Shown here: piece after piece, positions 1-13,983 of the stretch
Position numbering within the stretch: the stretch's first letter is position 1
Layout: each line of letters starts with the position of its first letter
NCBI RefSeq assembly: GCF_009914755.1
Contig: NC_060931.1
DNA length: 64,000 nucleotides
DNA from: the human T2T-CHM13v2.0 reference genome, Homo sapiens
Direction: 5' to 3' (one strand)
The notes under the pieces: generated by a model
The model's database searches: none
Told to the model about the DNA's origin: nothing
What the model saw: the letters and a program-made list of their open reading frames with translations, nothing else
Program-made: the position numbers and the translations under genes

Positions 1-2043
1 GTTCAGGAGCTCTACCTTCCTTCCTAATAAGATCGCTGTTGTAATAAGCATGTGCCATGGAGGTGAAGCAGAGTTTCCCATTATTTATTAGGCCTGAGTC
101 CTCATTAGTAACTTCTTTATAAAATAAACATGAGGCTTTGCAGAAATGGGGAACAAGAGCCTACTTCATACAAAGTACAATGATAAATGTCTCCTGTGGC
201 CCCAGATTCCAACGCTTAACATCTGTGATCTCCCCATCTCCATGGCAACATAAAGTAAATAGTAAAAATAGTCCAAATCCAGGAAAAACACAGCAGGGAA
301 TGTCTGTCCTAAAGGAAAACAAACGCTTAACATGCACTCATACATGAGCAAGAGGACCCACATGAAATGTAGCAGTTGGTCAATAGGAAAACAACAGAGA
401 GTGGGGAATGAAGGGTCTTCAAGCTAGCAGACAAGAAATGTCAGATGATTTGAAGAAGTGTTGTCTGCTTTCAGTAGGAGGCCTGAAGGGAACATTGTGT
501 CTTAAATTCATGGGCTTGTACAGTGTGTATTTTACATTTTGTACAAATGTGTTTTGAATTATAAGCTTGTCATATTACACTAGATTTAAAGGGAACCATA
601 GATTATAAAAGTAATAGCATCAAACAAAGAGTTGAGAACTGGTGATTTGGTGTTTGCCATGTAACTTCTTAGCAAAGCTGTGGTCTGCCTAACAGACCCT
701 CTGAATCTTCTCCCTACCTGTAGCCCAACAGCCTGGGGCTGTTCCTGATATTCGCTATAGGCCGCTGGAACAGGAGGCTCTGTGGCCTCCCTGTGTCCCC
801 CACAGTTGTGGCAAGAGCAGTGGAGCAGCCCTCTGGAAGAGAAGAATGTTCCCCTTAGGGGTGCAAGAAAATGCCTGGGAATAGGATATTTTCAAGAACG
901 GCAATTTTCAGTTAATTTAATTTTCTGATTAACTGCAGTGACTTTGGGCCTTTCAACTCACTGAGCCTGGTTTAAGTCATCTGCAAAAAAAAAAAAAAAA
1001 GGATGGGGTACTTCATGACCCTGGAGTCCTGCCAGCCTTGGAATTCTGCAATTCTATGAATTGAGCACAAGGCATGATTTTGTTTCAGCCTTTGTGGATT
1101 AAAAAACTTAGAATTCCTGGGTTTCTACTATAGTAGAACAGTTTCTACTGTTCTACTGCTGGTTTCTACTGCTATAGTAGAACAGTTTACTGGGTTTACT
1201 GTTCTACTATAGCAAAAAATACAACCCCATGGCTGTGTGTGTTTAGGGGAGGTGGGGGGGTGAAGGGTGGATGTGGTTTAGGGGAAAGACCGAGGGGGTC
1301 TACAGCCAATCCCAGTGACTAGCTGTGTGACCTCAGGCCAGTTATTCCACCCTTCTTGGCGGTAGTGTCTCCATCTCCATCAATGGAGATGATGGTATTC
1401 CTTGCAACATTATTGCTGTAGGAATACTGGTAAATGATCAACATATGGTAACCACAATATCCTATCAGATTTGGAGTCAGTACTTGAAGAATATTTTTCA
1501 TCACATAGGTAAGACTTGATAGTAGTGGGGTAGCTCGTGCTGTGTAATTTATGGAACGCAGTCTCAATACTTTGTGATGGGGTTTCCGTTTGGCTCTAAG
1601 CAAGTGTGACTCTACCCTGAAGATCTATGGTGGGGTTTTTCTTTTCATTCCCTGACTGTAGCTTTTTCCTCTGATGGTTTTTCTCTTTCTTAAAGCTAGA
1701 GCACAGCTAAAACATTCTAGTTAAGTGAATATCCTAGAATGGCTGGATCCTAACACGTGGAAGTCTTTACTGTATGATTTGTGCACAGACACCTTGCCGG
1801 TTATTCACAGGTCGTGTTCAAATTTAAAGCTCACCAGGAGTCAATAGCCACAAAGATGACTTTGGAGCAGATTCCCTCTCTTCTATTGTTCCTTTCCTCC
1901 GGCCAAGTTTCTCTTCTCTTTGCCACTTTTTTCCTCTCTTACCCTTTCACCATTCTCTTTTCTCTTTTCTTCTTCTTCTAATCTTTTGATTTTAGTGTTC
2001 TCATCTTTCCAACTTTGTGCTGTGCATTCTGCAGTAGTTCGAT

Positions 2044-2373
2044 TTTGTTTATTTATTTATTTATTTATTTATTTGTTTGTTTGTTTGTTTCTGAGATGGA
2101 ATCTTCCTCTGTCGCCCAGGCTGGAGTGCAGTGGCACAATCTCAGCTCACTGCACCCTCTGCCTCCCAGGTTCAAGCGATTCTCCTGCCTCAGCCTCCCC
2201 GAGTAGCTAGGATTACAGGAGCATGCCACCACACCTGGCTAATTTTTGTATTTTTAGTAGACACAGGGTTTCACCATATTGGTCAGGCTGGTCTCGAACT
2301 CCTGACCTCGTGATCTGCCCACCTCAGCCTCCCAAAGTGCTGAGATTACAGGTGTGAACCACCGTGCCTGGCC
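2044..2373 (-). mobile_element. AluS with (TTTA)n/(TTTG)n tail
   Basis: Canonical Alu, reverse complement; TSD-like TCTGCAGTAGTT/TCTACCGTAGTT. Confidence 0.95.
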
Positions 2374-3269
2374 TCTACCGTAGTTTTATTTCTCACTCCT
2401 TTGTTACATCTTATTCCACCCCCTCCACCTTTCCTTTCTGCTATCCTTTTACTTCCATTTACCCACAGTCCCTGCTGGGAGGCCTTTTCTATTAGATATA
2501 TAGTGGAAAGGCAAGTCAGCTTTTCTTTGAATTTAGGAAAATGGGACTCACAGTTAACTTCTGGGGCTGAATTTCCAGAGGCCTTTGTCAGAGAGCCCAG
2601 CTGCTCTAGAATGAGAGCTATCAGGATGAGACCTACCAGCTGCCTGGGGTTGTAGTGATTCCAGAGGCACCAGGATTCTAACCAGCCAAGGGAAGCACTA
2701 ACACGGATTGGTTTCTAATATTAACTATCACCCCCACAGCTAAGCCTGAGTATGAAGCTCATCTCTATCAGTTATCAGCTGACCGACCTTGGATAAATTA
2801 CTCAATCTTTTTGAGTTTCAGTTCTTGCGTAAAAAGATATAACTGTTATACCTCCTCGAGGCATATCACAGATTAAATGAGATCACATATGTAAAGGGCA
2901 TTTAGGGTAATCTGAAGTTTCTCTGCAGTTTCTGCATCTTGGCCTAGGATTTTTAATCCCTTAGGAAAATTCTGTCTATCTTCTGGGTAGTTTAGGGTTA
3001 GTATGGCTCAGAGCCCTACCCTGGTCCTCTTGTCCTGACATTAATTGAGTTAGAAATAAGGTAGTGCTCAATATCATGCTATATACCACTGCTCTTGGCA
3101 CCCTTAAATCCAGCCATACTCAATACCCCCAATATTCCCATTTGATTCACTAATGACTCAAGCTGTCAAGTACAGTAGAAAAGGTAACTTTTTTTTTTTT
3201 TTTTTTTTTTTTTGCAGAAAACTGCAAGCTCAAAACCAGTTTTAAACCTCATTCCAGGTCTGTTTAAAG

Positions 3270-3474
3270 CAGTGTTCTCAAGTGGGGGTGATTTTGTCTC
3301 TTAGAGAACATGTGGCATGTCTGGAAATATTTCTGACTGTCACAATTTTGGGGGCAGTCTGGGATGGTGCTACTGGTACATAATGAGTGGAAGCCACGGA
3401 TGCTACTGAATGTTCCACAATGCAAAGAATGCACCTGTTCCAAATGTCCATAGTGCTGAGGTTGAGAAAGCCTA
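3270..3474 (+). mobile_element. MER20 hAT DNA transposon
   Basis: CAGTGTTCTCAAGTGGGGGTGATTTTG...AGTGCTGAGGTTGAGAAAGCCTA; 8-bp TSD GTTTAAAG/GTTTAGAG. Confidence 0.88.
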
Positions 3475-5279
3475 GTTTAGAGGTAGCCAGTTGGACAAAA
3501 TCATGTTGGAAGTAGGGGGATTCTCTTGGCTTTAGAATCCTACTGTTTATTGAGTCTGAGAAAAGCCTGGATAGAGGAGGCGTTCAATGGGATCTGAAAA
3601 ATATTTTAAAACTGAGCTGCTGTTATGAATTCAGAGAAGCATATTTGCCTTTTAGACAAAAAGATTTGGGGCCTCTTGCATGCCAAAAATTTGCTCAGGG
3701 TTTGCTATGCGGCAGCAGGAGAATCTGTCCATAAAAGGGATGGACTTTGCTGCCCAGAGGGATTCCCTTCAAGGGTTTCCCTTGTGAGCCTGAAGAATCA
3801 CTGGGAAAGGGCAAGCCTGGCCAGCTTCGAGTTCCGGCCCCTCACCAAGGCGTGTTTATATTTCTCCGGAGGTGAGAGTGAATACACTTTAGGGAAGGGA
3901 AGGCACTCTAGCCCTAAAAAGGGGTTGTTTAGCAACCATCTTCTTGTTTCTTGGATATGAAGATTAACCAGCTTAGCTGGGAAAGGCCTTTGAGAAGGGA
4001 ACCTAGGTTTAATATTCAGGGGAAGCTGAGAGAAAGGCATCTCTGAGGGGAGAGCGCCTGGGGTTGTAGCTCAGAAAGATATAAGTCTGAACCTCAGCTC
4101 CTCCAGCTGTGGACTGACTCTGTGACCTTGGACAAAGAAAGGAAAAATAACTAAGATTACAGCACACCTACTGTATGCCAGACTTGATGGTAGTGTTGCA
4201 TATGCAATATGATTTCACTTTATTTTTACAATAGCACATGAAAATAGTTTAGCTAAATCATATAGTCAGTAGCTGGCTAAAGAACTCTTGGTTTGTTTGA
4301 CTCCAAGGTCCACGATTCTTCTATACCACACTGTCTCCCAAAGTCCTTAGCTTCTTTAAGCCTCAGTTTCATTGCTTGTGAAACAGGTACAGAGGAAGAT
4401 TAGGAAAGTGAATTTAGAACAATCCAGTATGCTTCAGCCAGCACTCCTCCAGGGGGAGCTCCATACTCCTTCCTCCTTTCTACTGCCCTCTCCCTCCTCT
4501 TCTGAGGTTGGATGGCCTTAAGAACGTGTATCAGCCATTCACACCCAGGGGGACATCAGTGTGCTGAGAACAAGGTCCTGTGCCTAACCAGGAGGCTGGC
4601 TTCTGCATCCTTCTCTTCCTCTGCAAAGCTTCAGCTAATTCCCTGTGTCTAGGAGCCAAGAGGTGGGTGCAGTCAACCCCCTCTTCTTGTGGCCTCCCTT
4701 TTCTATTTAATTTCTGAGAATGATGACATGAGGTGGCCTAGGGATTGCTCCTGACAGCCAGAAAGACCTGTAATCTCTTTCACTCCTCAAACACCATTCT
4801 CCAGGGCCACAGCCCTGGCCTGAGTACCTATGTGGACAGCCCAGACTAGCTCTATTCAAGGCCTCAAAGTAAGCCTTTCCTTAATTCAATATTTCTGGAT
4901 CTTAGTGCAGAAATTGACAGTGATATCTCTCCTCAGGCCTGTCATCCATGGAACAAAAGGAGGTGTCCATGGGTTCAACCTATCTCCCTGGATTCTACAT
5001 TCCATGTGGGATCCAAACCATCCTGAAAACGAAGTGTCACTTTGTCTGTTTTATAATTTGTATGCATCTCTCTCTCAAAGGGCTTTTCAAAAGTGGGTGA
5101 TTTAGGGCAGGATTTGCAATTCCTCAATTTCCTGAGCATGTATAGCATTAATATCACCCTTAGATTCTGTGGTACCCCCAATTCTAACAGTTGGTGCTTG
5201 ACAAATATCACTCTTCAGTGCTCTTGTCCCACCTAACAAAGCTGAAAACAAGACCTGAAAGGATCAATTTATTTCCAAG

Positions 5280-5715
5280 GGCAATGGGCTGAATGGTGGC
5301 CCAAAGACATTGGATTTTAATCCCTGGAACCTATAAATGTCACCTTATTTGAAAAAAGAGTCTTTACTGATGTGATTACCTTAAGGATCTTGACATGAGA
5401 ATAACATCCTGGATTATCTGGCTGGGCCCTTGATGCCACCACAAGTGTCATCATAAGAGCGAGGCAGGAGGAGATTAGATGTACGCAGAGGAGAAGGTGC
5501 TACAAAGACAGAGGCACATTGGAGTGACGTGGCCAAGGCACTACCAGAAGCTAGAAGAGGTCAGGAATGAATTCTCTTCTAAAACCTCTATGGGGTCCCC
5601 TGATGACACTTTGCTTTCAGACTTCTGGTCTCTAGTACTGTGAAATAATAAATTTCTATTGTTTTAAGCTACTAAATTTGGGTAATTTGTTACAGCAGCA
5701 TTAGAAGACTAATAC
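5280..5715 (+). mobile_element. MLT1C/D-like MaLR LTR
   Basis: GGGCTGAATGGTGGCCC...AATAAATTTCTATTGTTTTAAGC...TTTGTTACAGCAGCATTAGAAGACTAATACA. Confidence 0.82.
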
Positions 5716-5924
5716 ACCAAGTAACTTAACTGAATCTTATAACAAAACCCAAGAATACTTATAGGAATACACCATTATTCGGCACCTAACAAGATAAAAT
5801 CCACAATGGCTAACATCCCACCAAAAATTACCAGGCATGCAAAAAAAGCTGAGAAATACAACACATAAGGAGAAGAAAAATCAGCTGAAACTGATTCAGA
5901 AAAGACTCAGATAATACAATTAGC

Positions 5925-6180
5925 ATATATAACTATATAAGCATATATAAATATATAAGAATATATTAATATATTAGCATATATAATCTTAATTGATCTT
6001 TATATATTATATGTATATAACTTAATATAATATATATCTTTTTATATATTATATTATATAGCTTTATATATAATATATATTATATAGCTTTATATATAAT
6101 ATATATTATATAGCTTTATATATATAATATATATTATATAGCTTTATATATATAATATACAATATATTATATATATATAT
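5925..6180. repeat. AT-rich low-complexity tract / minisatellite
   Basis: About four 26-28-bp units TATATAGCTTTATATATAATATATAT at ~6055-6157 within a TA-rich tract. Confidence 0.9.
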
Positions 6181-6316
6181 AAAGATCAGGACACGGATGC
6201 TGCCAGGGATACAGCTGAAATACAGAATTATGTTACAAAAGGACAAAAAGGAGAACATTGGCAGACAGCTGGCAGTTCTAGCCATCACCATAAAAAAAAA
6301 ATTTGTATCACCAGTT

Positions 6317-6830
6317 GTATTAGTCAGGGCTTTATAATTGCAAACAACTCAAACAGATGTGGTTGATTTCAGCAGAAAAAGCATTTAATAAAAGGGTATT
6401 GTGTATTTCACAGACTTCAAAACCAGGCTTAGAAATTGAACAGGGACAAATGAGGCCTGGCAGCAGCCAGGACCACAGCCAAAATCTTGCTCCAGAGCCC
6501 ATCTAGTGAGGATAATGCTGGACGTCACAGCTCACCCCTGAAGTCACCATCACTCCACATCTGGTGCTCCTCAGCCACTGTTGTCACTAGAAAGTCCACA
6601 TTGTTGGCAGTACTGCCGCCAACCTCCAGCAATGTTCCTCCTCCTCACAGCTTCTTTGCACTACTAGAAGGGTGCATCTGCCAGGAAGAGCTCAGTCATA
6701 TTCTGAACCCCAACTGCAAGGGAGACTGGGAAATGAGCCTTCCACTTCTACAGTGGGAAGCAAGTTTTGCCTCTCATCAAGATTTACAGGAAAAGAAATC
6801 TTCTGGAAACCTGAAGAGGGTACAGAATCT
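6317..6830 (-). mobile_element. Old MaLR/ERVL-type LTR (subfamily uncertain)
   Basis: Starts TGTATTAGTCAGGG; contains ACCCCAACTGCAAGGGAGACTGGGAAATG, a motif typical of old MLT1 LTRs. Confidence 0.5.
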
Positions 6831-7025
6831 GAACTATCAGATAAAAAGGAAAACTAATAACAATAGTAATTGACAAAGATCTGTTCCATGGATTCAGATT
6901 CTACTGATGTTAGTGAGAGCCATGTGCTTTGCAAGTCAAACAGGCGATCGTAGCACATGCAACTCATCTTCTGCTCCTCAGGACCCTCTAGTCACATGCC
7001 CACACCCGTCTTTGCTTCTTACTCC

Positions 7026-7557
7026 TGTCAAAGAACAAAATTTTAACAAATGGAGTTTTAAAGATCAAACTATCAAACCAGCTTTTCTTAGTTCATAAAC
7101 TGAGCATCATCTAGTCCACAAAATAGACAGGAGCTCTGCCAGGCATGGCGGGAACAGTCCATTTTTATAAAGTAGCTTGAGCAGGAAGAACAAGCAAAGT
7201 CCATTTTTAAAAAGTAGCTTGAACAGGAGGAACAAGGAAACAGCATGGGGCAAAAACCTGGTTAACATCAGGTTACTTTCCTTGCACGGATTAAAGCAGA
7301 GCGGACTTCCTTCACATGCCGGCTCAGGTTGGCTGGTTGCTGTGAATCTCATTGGGTTTTTTGGGAAAACTGGCCTGTCTGGGGGTTTGGCTATCATCTC
7401 TCTCCTGACTTCTCACATAGTACAAGTGAAAAGCTTAGTTCTCAGTTTGGTGATGAGGAGCATTAGCATGAATGATTCTATTTTGGGTTGGTCTGTTGGG
7501 ACCTAGTGCAGAAGAAGCTCGGCCCAAATGAGTGGTCTTCCATAAGTTTTCTTTAAC
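7026..7557 (-). mobile_element. ERV1 MER4-group-like LTR (subfamily uncertain)
   Basis: TGTCAAAGAACAAAATTTTAACAAAT...CCATAAGTTTTCTTTAAC; contains an internal ~41-bp tandem duplication. Confidence 0.55.
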
Positions 7558-7857
7558 TTTGCTAATGAGTCGATTTTAGTCAGACATATTTGAGGTTTAT
7601 GAGTGATCCTGAAGAAGTAAACGATCCAAGTCTGTGTTATGAACTTCCTATTTTTGGTGATTTTTCTTTGCTAACATTAGTTACTTTATGGACGTCCTAT
7701 TAAATGCCAACTGATTTTCTTTGTATTCAGCATGGAGAAAAGTAAAATCTAAAAAGAGAATGGTGATGAGTTCTTTTGTGCTATAATACTCAATGTAGAG
7801 AATGACGTTGAGCCTATTTTGGCCTTGACCAACCTGCTTCCTGGATTGTCTTTGATC

Positions 7858-8252
7858 TGATCAAAGACAAACTTCAGCTGAATTAAATTTAAAAGAGTTT
7901 AATTGAACAATGAACGATTCACGAATCGGTCAGCCCCCTGAGCCAGAGTATGCTTAGAGACTCCAGCACAGCCACGTGGTAGAAGATTTATGGACAGAAA
8001 AAGGAAAGTGAGGTACAGAAAACAGAAGTCAGGCACAGAAACAACCTGCTTGGTTACAGCTCAGCGTTTGCCTTATCTGAACATAGTTTGGACAGTGGCT
8101 ACATTTAACTGGCCGAAACTCAGTGATTTGAACAAGTGTAGGCTACAGTCTGTTTACACCTCCACTTGTTATAGTTGACGATATACAGAGGAACATTTAG
8201 GCCGAACTTAAAATATGTAAGGAGGCAGCTTTAGGCTAAACCTGATTGAACA
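7858..8252 (-). mobile_element. MER57-like ERV1 solo LTR
   Basis: Ends GGAGGCAGCTTTAGGCTAAACCTGATTGAACA; exact 4-bp TSD GATC at 7854-7857 and 8253-8256. Confidence 0.82.
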
Positions 8253-8449
8253 GATCTGTGATGATTCTTAAGCAGTCACCCCCATTCTTCTTAATTCAAA
8301 GGAAGCATTAGACCAGAGAGTATCTGACTGGAAAGACCAGTGTTTCCAACAGCTGCATTTGGGATGGAAAGATCTCTAGACTCTTCCTGTCCCTATCGTT
8401 CTATCCCTTGAGGTTAATTCCTTTGGCCCTTCCATGAAGCTCTGATTAA

Positions 8450-8826
<377 letters not shown>

Positions 8827-8839
8827 TGAGATTTTAGGT

Positions 8840-9030
8840 AATAACTACTACTTACTGGCACTACAGAGTGCTTCCTGCACAACTTAGCACATTCTTCTTC
8901 ATACAAGCCCTATCATAGAGTAGTATTATTACTCCATTTCTACAGATGAGGAAAGTAAGGGACAGAGAAGTCAAATGACTCACCCATGGTCACCCAGCTA
9001 GTAAATGGTGGAACTGGGACTCAAAATCCC
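8840..9030 (-). mobile_element. MIR
   Basis: CCATTTCTACAGATGAGGAAAGTAAGGGACAGAGAAGTCAAATGACTCACCCATGGTCACCCAGCTAGTAAATGG core. Confidence 0.8.
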
Positions 9031-10849
9031 AAAGGTGGTTTCCGATGTCTACCTGTTTAATCTGTGTCCTCTGCTGCCTCTCACCTCGGATAGTGGTGGC
9101 ACAGGGCACAGGGCAGGTAAGTACCCATAAACGGGAGAAGGGTGTGGCACGCAGCCCCCGAGGGCAGGCCCAAGTCTAGATGGGAACTGTGCCTGTGAGG
9201 GGACACACAAGGAAGATTTGAAGGGCCGTACAGTGCAAGTCTCCCCCTGGCCAAGGGCCTCCCTTCTTTCTGCCTGGCAGGCCACAGCCCTCTTGTACAG
9301 ATGGCCTCTGCCACAGGACACTGCCTTCTGAAGAAGTCACCAATAAAACCAGCAGATTCTTTCTGCTACCATGAAGTCCAAGAAGAAAGGCAGAGGACAG
9401 GGGCAATATCAAGAGGAGCTGTGAGTGATGCTTAAGGAGGTGGAGAATTACTTGCTGCCTATTGGAAGCAAAGATAGCAACATGTGTAACAGTGAGAAAA
9501 GCCCCTGCTTTTCTCAGAAAGAAGGAAAGCTGCTGGGGTCAAATCTAGACTCTGGATGGAGAGTTGGATGGGATTTATGCTCCTGGATGGTGGGCTCTGT
9601 GGACCCGGAGCCCCAGAGTGCGGTCCCTGAAGACAGAGATTCCCAGAGCACCATGTAAACAGACACAGTCACAGATGAGAGAGCAGAGGACATGAGGCGG
9701 CTGCTGCCTGGGGAATGTCTTAGCTCTGAAGGGAATCTGAAACTTTAGTTCTGGGAGCCTGCCCCATTCAGGAAAAGGCCTGAATCCAAACCAGGATTCA
9801 AATCCTGTCCTCATTCATTCTCTGTCTCCCTGCTTGCTCCCTCCCTGCCTCCCTCCCTCCCTCCCTCCCTCCTTTCCTCCCTCTCTTTCTCACAACATTC
9901 ACAGCGTTTGCCTCTAAATATAAATCAAACATCCAGAAACATTAGAGGATAAGTAAAGAGAACCGAAAGAAACAAAATCATACCAAACAACCCTTTCGTT
10001 TTCCCAACCAGACCAGGGACTGGTGGAGGAAAACAGAAAGGCTCCTGACAAATCCATCATGTAAGGACCCCAACTTCCCAATTCTTTCATCCTCACAAGA
10101 GCATTAGGAACTATCCACGGGTTTTACAAGCAGTAATGCAAGCACCACACTGTGGTGCAAGCTCCTTGAAAAGCCCAGACTTATGGCACTTTGATAACAG
10201 ATCATATCTCAAAAATGTCTTCTCTCTGCCATCCAGTCTTTGGAAGAAACACAGAAACTAGCAAGATGGATTAGTCTATTTATAATTTTTTTGGTCTGAC
10301 TCATCTTTTAGAATAAAAAAATAAATAAAACATTGACTGGTTAATACCATAATTAGGAACAACACAAGTTATAAAATAGCAATGGAGATGGTAACTTTAG
10401 GATTAAAATAGACTTTTGGCTCTCATGATTCCTAAGATTTTATATGTCAGACAGGCTGGAATGTGCCTGGGGGTTGAGGGGGAGACTTCCAGCTTTAGAT
10501 TATGTGGGCCCAAAGGAAAAGCTCCTTCTCCTAGCTCCCACCTGCCTCTCCCACCCCACCTGTCCTACCTCATTGTTCATCTATTGCCACCTCCAGCATC
10601 TGGTCTACCTCCTTTATTTCCCTCATTCCATGCCGTCTACCCTAGATATCTCTGGTTCTGTCATCAACAGCACACCTCACCCATGTTACAGCACCTTCCT
10701 CCTCCACAGCTAACCTGCCATTTAGCCTCCCAACATCCAGCTGGGAGCCTCCCAACATCTCCTCCTGCCTGCCTTGAAGCTTTGCCCCATCAGTTTCCAC
10801 ATGCTCTTCCACACACTCTCTCTCTTACCCTCTCTTTGGCTCTACCACT

Positions 10850-11960
10850 GGATCTTGCTCCTCTGTAATCATGCTCAAGTTTATGCTATTCCAAACCAGC
10901 CAACCAATGAAAACAAACAAACATAAAAACACTCTTCTTCCATTTTGTCTCTCTCCCTAAAGCAAGTTTCCCTGCTTACTTTCTCTTCACCGTCTTTCAA
11001 ACTTTTCTTTGAAAAGTCAACTTGTCATCTGCTTCCTTTCTGATACCACCCATGGCATTCTTAATCCCTGCAGTCTGGCTTCAGCTCTGAATGCTCCATA
11101 ATAATATTATTAAAGATCAGTGATCAGTCAGTTACTGAATGCAGTGTTTTATTTTGTTCTCATTTTGCTTAATTGCTTTACATGATTGACCCTGTTGCTC
11201 CACTCCTAACCATGTCCCACTATGAAATTCTCACCCTCTTTGGCTTCCCTGATAATGTACTATTTTTATTCCCCTTTCATCCCTGTGTCTCCTCCACTTC
11301 CTTTTTTTTTTCCAGCTCCAAATATAAGTTTTTTCTAAGAATCTGCTATTGACCTTTTTTTGCATTCTCTCTTCTCTCTGCTTTCTTGGTGAATTCACTC
11401 AGTCTCATGTTTAATTCTTCCTTCTTCGTGACACATTTCTGAAACCTCCTCTTTGCAGTCTGGCTTTACTAACTCCTTTCTGAAAGTTTCCACCCATGTA
11501 TTCTACAGTGTGCTGATCTTAATGGGTTTCAGACTAAATTTATCCCTTGCCACACACATTGTTTATTTTTTCCAATTTCTATTCATCAAAATTTTTCTTT
11601 CTAATGGCACCAGCTCAAAAGATTGATAAAATCTTTCATTCTTTCCTCTTTTCTTGTCTCACATCTGATTAGTAGTCAAGTCCTATCAATTTTGTTGAAA
11701 ACATAGCTTTTCTGTTTGTTGTTTTCTTTTTATTTCCACTGATAGCCCTCTAGTTCATGGTTTGACTTTCTCCTACCTTATTTAATGCAATAATTTCCTA
11801 ACAGGTCTCTCTGCTTTCAGTCTTACCCTACTGAGCTGCAACTTATACCTGACACACTGCTGTACATCAGTCTTTCTGAAGCACACGTCTAAGCTGGGCA
11901 TTTTCCTGCCCAAATACTTTCAAGGGCCACCCAATGCCTAAAGCTTACACAATGTATTTA
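10850..11960 (+). mobile_element. L2 fragment
   Basis: Pyrimidine-rich degenerate L2 motifs, e.g. CCCTGCAGTCTGGCTT and TGCAATAATTTCCTAACAGGTCTCTCTGCT. Confidence 0.6.
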
Positions 11961-11966
11961 GGGACC

Positions 11967-12320
11967 TGCTATGGTCTGAATGTTTGAGTACTGGTGAAAT
12001 TCATATGTTGAAACAATCACCAATATGATAGTATTAAGAGGTGGGGGCTTTTGGGGGCGATTAAGCCATGAGGGCAGAGCCTTCGTGAATAGGATCTATG
12101 CCCTTATAAAATAGGCTTAAGGGAGGCTGTTGGCTTTTCCACCAAATGAGGACTCACAGAAGGTGCCATCTATAAGGAATAGGCCCTCACCAGACACTGG
12201 ATCTGCCAGTACCTTGATCTTGGACTTCCCAGCCTCCAAACTGTGAGAAATAAATTTATATTGTTTATAAATTACCAAATCTAAGATATTTTGTTATAGC
12301 AGCCTGAATGGACCAAGACA
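11967..12320 (+). mobile_element. MLT1A-type solo LTR
   Basis: TGCTATGGTCTGAATGTTTG...GCAGCCTGAATGGACCAAGACA. Confidence 0.88.
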
Positions 12321-13170
12321 GGTTCTCTACCTCTGTCCCCAAATGACCCTTCCAATTTTATTTCTCAAGAGTTTTTGTTTCTCACTCCAGTTCTTTACTT
12401 AAGCTACCACCACATAATCCCATGCTATATTTTTATATCTAAAGACAGCAAGTAACAAAAATCCTCTAACTCAAGTGTACTTAATCACTAACTAAATGTA
12501 TCGTCACACATAAGAAATTCTCAAGCGGGATGGGCCCAGGCCTGGATGTGCGCTCTGGCTGTGCTTCTTAGCAAATCTCTTGGCAGGAGTGCACGCTCCT
12601 TTGCTGATGATCTCCTAGCATTCTGGAACTCACATGACACTGATCACACTAGGCTTTGTGTTAGAATTACCTGTTACACATCTCACTCCTATTGGGACTG
12701 CAGGGGCCTCCAGTAAATTACACCCTTCTCCTCTCCTCTTGAGCGCTGAACCAAAGAAGAGAGGGGAAGGAGCGGCAGATAGGATCAAAACACAATGCTT
12801 TATTTTTAATAAAACTGTCTCTGAAGGAAGTGGCTTTGTTGTGCTACAATTATAGGCTTCCTAATGCATGGAACCCAGTGCTCAAGAGCAAACGGCAGAG
12901 GGGAGGAGCCCCAGCAACACCTCCAGATCGGTTCCTTTCTGAAAAGTTAGATCTGGGTAACTCACTTCTCTATGGAGATGAGTTACGGGTGGCACAAGAG
13001 CCCAGAGGAGTTTATGGGAAAAATGTCTCTCTAGAAGCCACAGAACTGTTTTCAGAATTCCCAAATCCTCTTGACAAAACTATAGACTTCTTAAAGCTGA
13101 GGACTATATTTTGTACGTCTTTTTATCCCCCACAACAATACCCATATTGGGTGTTTAAAAATGTCTGCTA

Positions 13171-13661
<491 letters not shown>

Positions 13662-13983
13662 TTACATTAAACTTTAAAAGCCATTAATATGCAGCAGTGA
13701 CATTACCAGAGCCTTACAGGGGTGAAGCTGGTCATCACACAGGAAAACAAATTATTCTTGAGCTTCCATAGCATGAGGAGAGGGTCACAGAGAAAATAGA
13801 CACACTTCTAATTTCTTTGGGTATCCAGAGGCTATCATCAAATTAAAACAGTGTTTCCTATAAAGAATTATTTCTTAAAATCATATCCAAGCTGCCAGAT
13901 TTTTATTTCTCTCCAAAATTCATGAGGAAATTTGTTCATTTTGGTTTCTAGGAGTGCACTACTTTGTACTACTGTTTACTGTG

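Noticed and set aside
1319-1603. 94-aa ORF and an open plus frame with nearby donor-like AG|GTAAGA
   Set aside because: The first part is a MIR; no protein similarity recognised and no acceptor or exon support.
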